The position numbers and the translations under genes were made by a program. 64,000 nt of DNA from Nitrospirales bacterium (GTDB lineage: Bacteria; Nitrospirota; Nitrospiria; Nitrospirales; UBA8639). The notes beneath the pieces were generated by a model. The model saw only the letters and a program-made list of their open reading frames with translations. It ran no database searches and was not told the origin of the DNA. Positions within the stretch are counted from its first letter, which is position 1, and every line of letters starts with the position of its first letter. Below, one piece after another: positions 60,701-64,000 of this stretch. Location of the stretch: positions 96,001 to 160,000 of the forward strand of contig CBDBCZ010000018.1 of assembly GCA_965203295.1 (NCBI GenBank), read 5' to 3'.

Positions 60701-62050
60701 TTCGACATTTGCAATGGAGAGGAAGGACTGTTCCCCGTACCTTTTGTTAAGCAATACTGAACAATTTCTGTTATATAATTACTGCTACCAGAAGTGAATG
60801 GTTGGACTCACGACATGACTACATGGGACAAGGTAAATCATCACTTATTTGTCTGCAACACATATTGCATGATTGACAGTCTGAGTAAAGTTGAACTGTA
60901 TGTGCATGATTGTTGAATTATAATGATGTAATATCCAGGTGGAGATGTGTAGGATGACGCTGTATGAGCTCTCAAGTACAGACGAAACAGAGGAGGTTCC
61001 AAGCAAGAAGCCAGAGAACTGGAAATCCAAGTGTTCTGAGATACTCATGCAGAGTGCATGTAAGTTTTGTCGAGTTGAATGCCATTTATTAAATGCTACT
61101 AGGAAAGCAGCTTCTGCCTGTAAGTTGCACATTTCATATGGGATAAAATAGTTTTAACATTTATAAGTCTCCTTAAGCTGCTTCAAATTGTAACTTAATC
61201 ACACAATTCGTTCAATATTTTAAAATACTCTTCATCTTCATTCTCCTTAAACTATAGCTTCAGGTGCTTTCAGAAAGCAAACGGGCCCCGTGCTAGTCGG
61301 TTCCACATTTGCAATGGACAGGAAGGAGTGTTACCCGTACCTTTTGTTAAGCAATACTGAACAGTTTCTGTTATATATAATTATTGCTACCAGAAGTGAA
61401 TGGTTGGACTCACGACATGACTACATGGGACAAGGTAAATCATCACTTATTTGTCTTCAACACATATTGCATGACTGACAGTCCGAGTAAAGTTGAACTG
61501 TATGTGCATGATTGTTGAATTATAATGTAATATCCAGGTGGAGATGTGTAGGATGACGCTGTATGAGCTCTCAAGTACAGACGAAACAGGAAGTTCCAAG
61601 CAAGAAGCCAGAGAACTGGAAATCCAAGTGTTCTGAGATACTCATGCAGAGTGCATGTAAGTTTTGTTGAGTTGAATGCCATTTAAATGCCACTACGAAA
61701 ACCTTTCCTGCTTGAAAATACGAGCATTAGCATTTTAGTCTTTCTTCTCATAGTAGCTATAGTGTGCAGTGGTGTGTGAGTGTCTGGACGTCCAAGAAGT
61801 GAAGGCAACCCTCGACAAGTGCGGCATTACAAACCACAGCATTGGATTTGTACACACCAAGACTCCTCCAGCAGCTTCTGCCTGTAAGTTGCACATTTCA
61901 TATGTGATAAAATAGTTTTAACATTTATAAGGCTCCTTAAGCTGCTTCAAATTGTAACTTAATCACACAATTCGTTCAATATTTTAAAATACTCTCCATC
62001 TTCATTCTCCTTAAACTATAGCTTCAGGTGCTTTCAGAAAGCAAACGGGC
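57724..62050. repeat. ~767-bp satellite array, about 5.6 units including partial units
   Basis: Same short ORF recurs at 58543, 59310, 60078 and 60845 (spacing 767/768/767). Confidence 0.95.
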
Positions 62051-62072
62051 CTAGCCGCCCCGCCAGACTAGT

Positions 62073-62721
62073 GTGCCCGCTCTGGAAATACTAATCACTG
62101 GTGAACAGACACACGAGATTCCCATAGACAGGCCCCTGCCTTCAGACGACTGGAAGAGGGGAGCCATTCAAATGCTCGCCGCACACTCACAAATGACAAT
62201 CGCCGACCGCCTTTTCGAGCCGGACAGGCCGCGCGAGCTGCGCTGCCGGGAAATAGCGCCTCACACACGTGTGCGCATTGTCGGCGACGGGAACTGCCTC
62301 TTTCGCACATTTTCCTGACACCTCACCAGCACGGAAGGCAACCACGCGGCCATCTGACAAGCACTACTGACTGGCCCACCTCCGTCGTAACCCCCACTAC
62401 ATGCAATGCGAGCTGCGGGGTGTGGACAGAGTTGTGCACACAGACTGTGACACACGATACTACTTCTGGCTGGAGTATGCCGAGAGCTACATCGAAGCGC
62501 AAGCCTGCGCTCGAGGCTCTGCAAGGTGGAGGACCGACTTCCGCGTCTGGCTTCTGGCAGATTTGCTCAATGTCAACGTTGTGATCTTCACAGACTTCTA
62601 CGGCCAGAGAAAGTGGGTACAGTACGCCCCACGAATGGGAGGACACAGGGTTGGTAATATGCATTGTATATATCACACACCGAGCCTAGATCACTACGAC
62701 TGTGTCTTTCCCCACATGTGA
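62073..62721 (+). pseudogene. OTU-family cysteine protease domain (stops/frameshift)
   Basis: VRIVGDGNCLFRTFS; W..D.....LADLLNVNVVIF; CIYH....DHYDCV. Confidence 0.8.
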
Positions 62722-64000
62722 GTCCTTCACGATTCCACTAGCACGATCACGGTCCGGTGCCCATTTGTGGCCCGATACGGCATTGCCTACTGCTTTGCAC
62801 AACACGTGCACGTACCTGAGCAGGTACTCAGACATACGAATCCAATGCTGCACATGGTAAACCGCTGTGAAAACAGCGACCCTCTCCCTGTCTCTCCCCC
62901 CCCCCTTCAAGGTAATAGCACCCTTCATTAGACCACTTGAGCATAGCTTACATTCTTTACAGAGGGTGCCATTACCTTTCCATAACACAGCACCTAGGCA
63001 ACACTCGCTGCTGCCCAGCTGTTGCGTCTCCTCCCTCTCTCCGTCCCGGCTCCCCATTCAGCGTTGAGCCCTGCTCGCCGTGTCCGGTAGCGAGTTAAAC
63101 GGCTCCTGTCCATGTTTGCCGACGGCGCCCACACATGCGCCATGTCAGACCAGCATTGAAGCAAGCAGTATAGATCTCACGTGCGCAACACTGGGCTGCA
63201 ACGTACTCCGGGGTCCTCGTCCCGCAGCCTGGGATCAGGAAACCTCCCCCCCCCATGCATCGCACATGCGGGCAAAGGCCTTCCTGATGCTGACTGGAGT
63301 ACAAAAATCGAAACCTGTATTATGCACACCATCCTCAACAAGTTCCATTCCAACACCATCCACCATCCACATTTGCACTTACTCATGCGCTACACATTAC
63401 CAACCAAAATGACATGCCCACTTCACCTCATATGGAGACATGCATACCAATTATACATGCACTCAAACACCACACATTCGCCCATCCTCCTGCCATCACT
63501 TACAACATGCACCTACACACCTGTACACGTCACATTTCACCTCAACCCCACACACCACAACCCAAACACAACTGTACATTACCCCACTCTACTCGTTCAG
63601 TCCATCCCACAGCCTAAATAACCCACTAATGCACACACCCCATAATACAAGCACATCACGACCACTTTGCCCCTTATACAATATGATGGATAATATTATG
63701 ATCATGGAGTTCACGCATCTCATGTCAGTTGGTGCCGCCTCCTGTACAGTTGTCACCGGCATCGTGGTCCTACAGCAAACACCTAAGAACAGCATGTAAC
63801 TACAACCCCATAAAAAACACTGCGCACACAAACTCGCCATACCACAACTATCTGCGAACACCACCAAAACCACCCCCAACACACCTCGGCAGCAGCCTCC
63901 TCCCCCTCCTTTACCACCTCGTGAGCATGAGGCTGGCTGCCTCCTTGCGGTCCTTGCCCCCGACCTAAATAAAACACAACTACGCATTACAACTACAAAT

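Noticed and set aside
58543..61132. Repeated 67-aa minus-strand ORFs
   Set aside because: By-products of the satellite unit.
63080..64000. His/Thr/Pro-rich ORFs
   Set aside because: C/A-biased low-complexity sequence with no motif.
1..64000. Prophage or bacterial integrase island, tRNA or rRNA genes
   Set aside because: Introns, telomeric repeats and eukaryotic transposons throughout; no tRNA/rRNA or phage structural signatures recognised by eye.

Overview
Eukaryotic (metazoan-type: GT-AG introns, TTAGGG/CCCTAA telomeric repeat; an invertebrate such as a sponge is plausible but not proven), almost entirely mobile DNA, with no convincing host gene. The backbone is a co-oriented (+ strand) chain of two kinds of fragment. 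The first is Penelope-like retroelements (PLE) with three hammerhead ribozymes, a separate ORF1 apparently joined to RT by a conserved G_GAU_UUU -1 frameshift signal plus hairpin, and a GIY-YIG endonuclease. The second is at least eight divergent copies or fragments of a tyrosine-recombinase (YR) gene with a C-terminal Myb/telobox-like domain, often followed by a short-motif array and (CCCTAA)n. Many junctions between these fragments are (CCCTAA)n tracts of one polarity. Inserted into this backbone are three intron-containing piggyBacs (two nested), a MULE whose transposase is spliced to a Ulp1 protease, a Ty3/Gypsy element, Kolobok-like and Ginger-like remnants, MITEs and palindromes, several tandem repeats (390 bp; ~767 bp with a dimeric higher-order structure) and an OTU protease pseudogene. 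All calls come from motif reading by eye; no searches were run.
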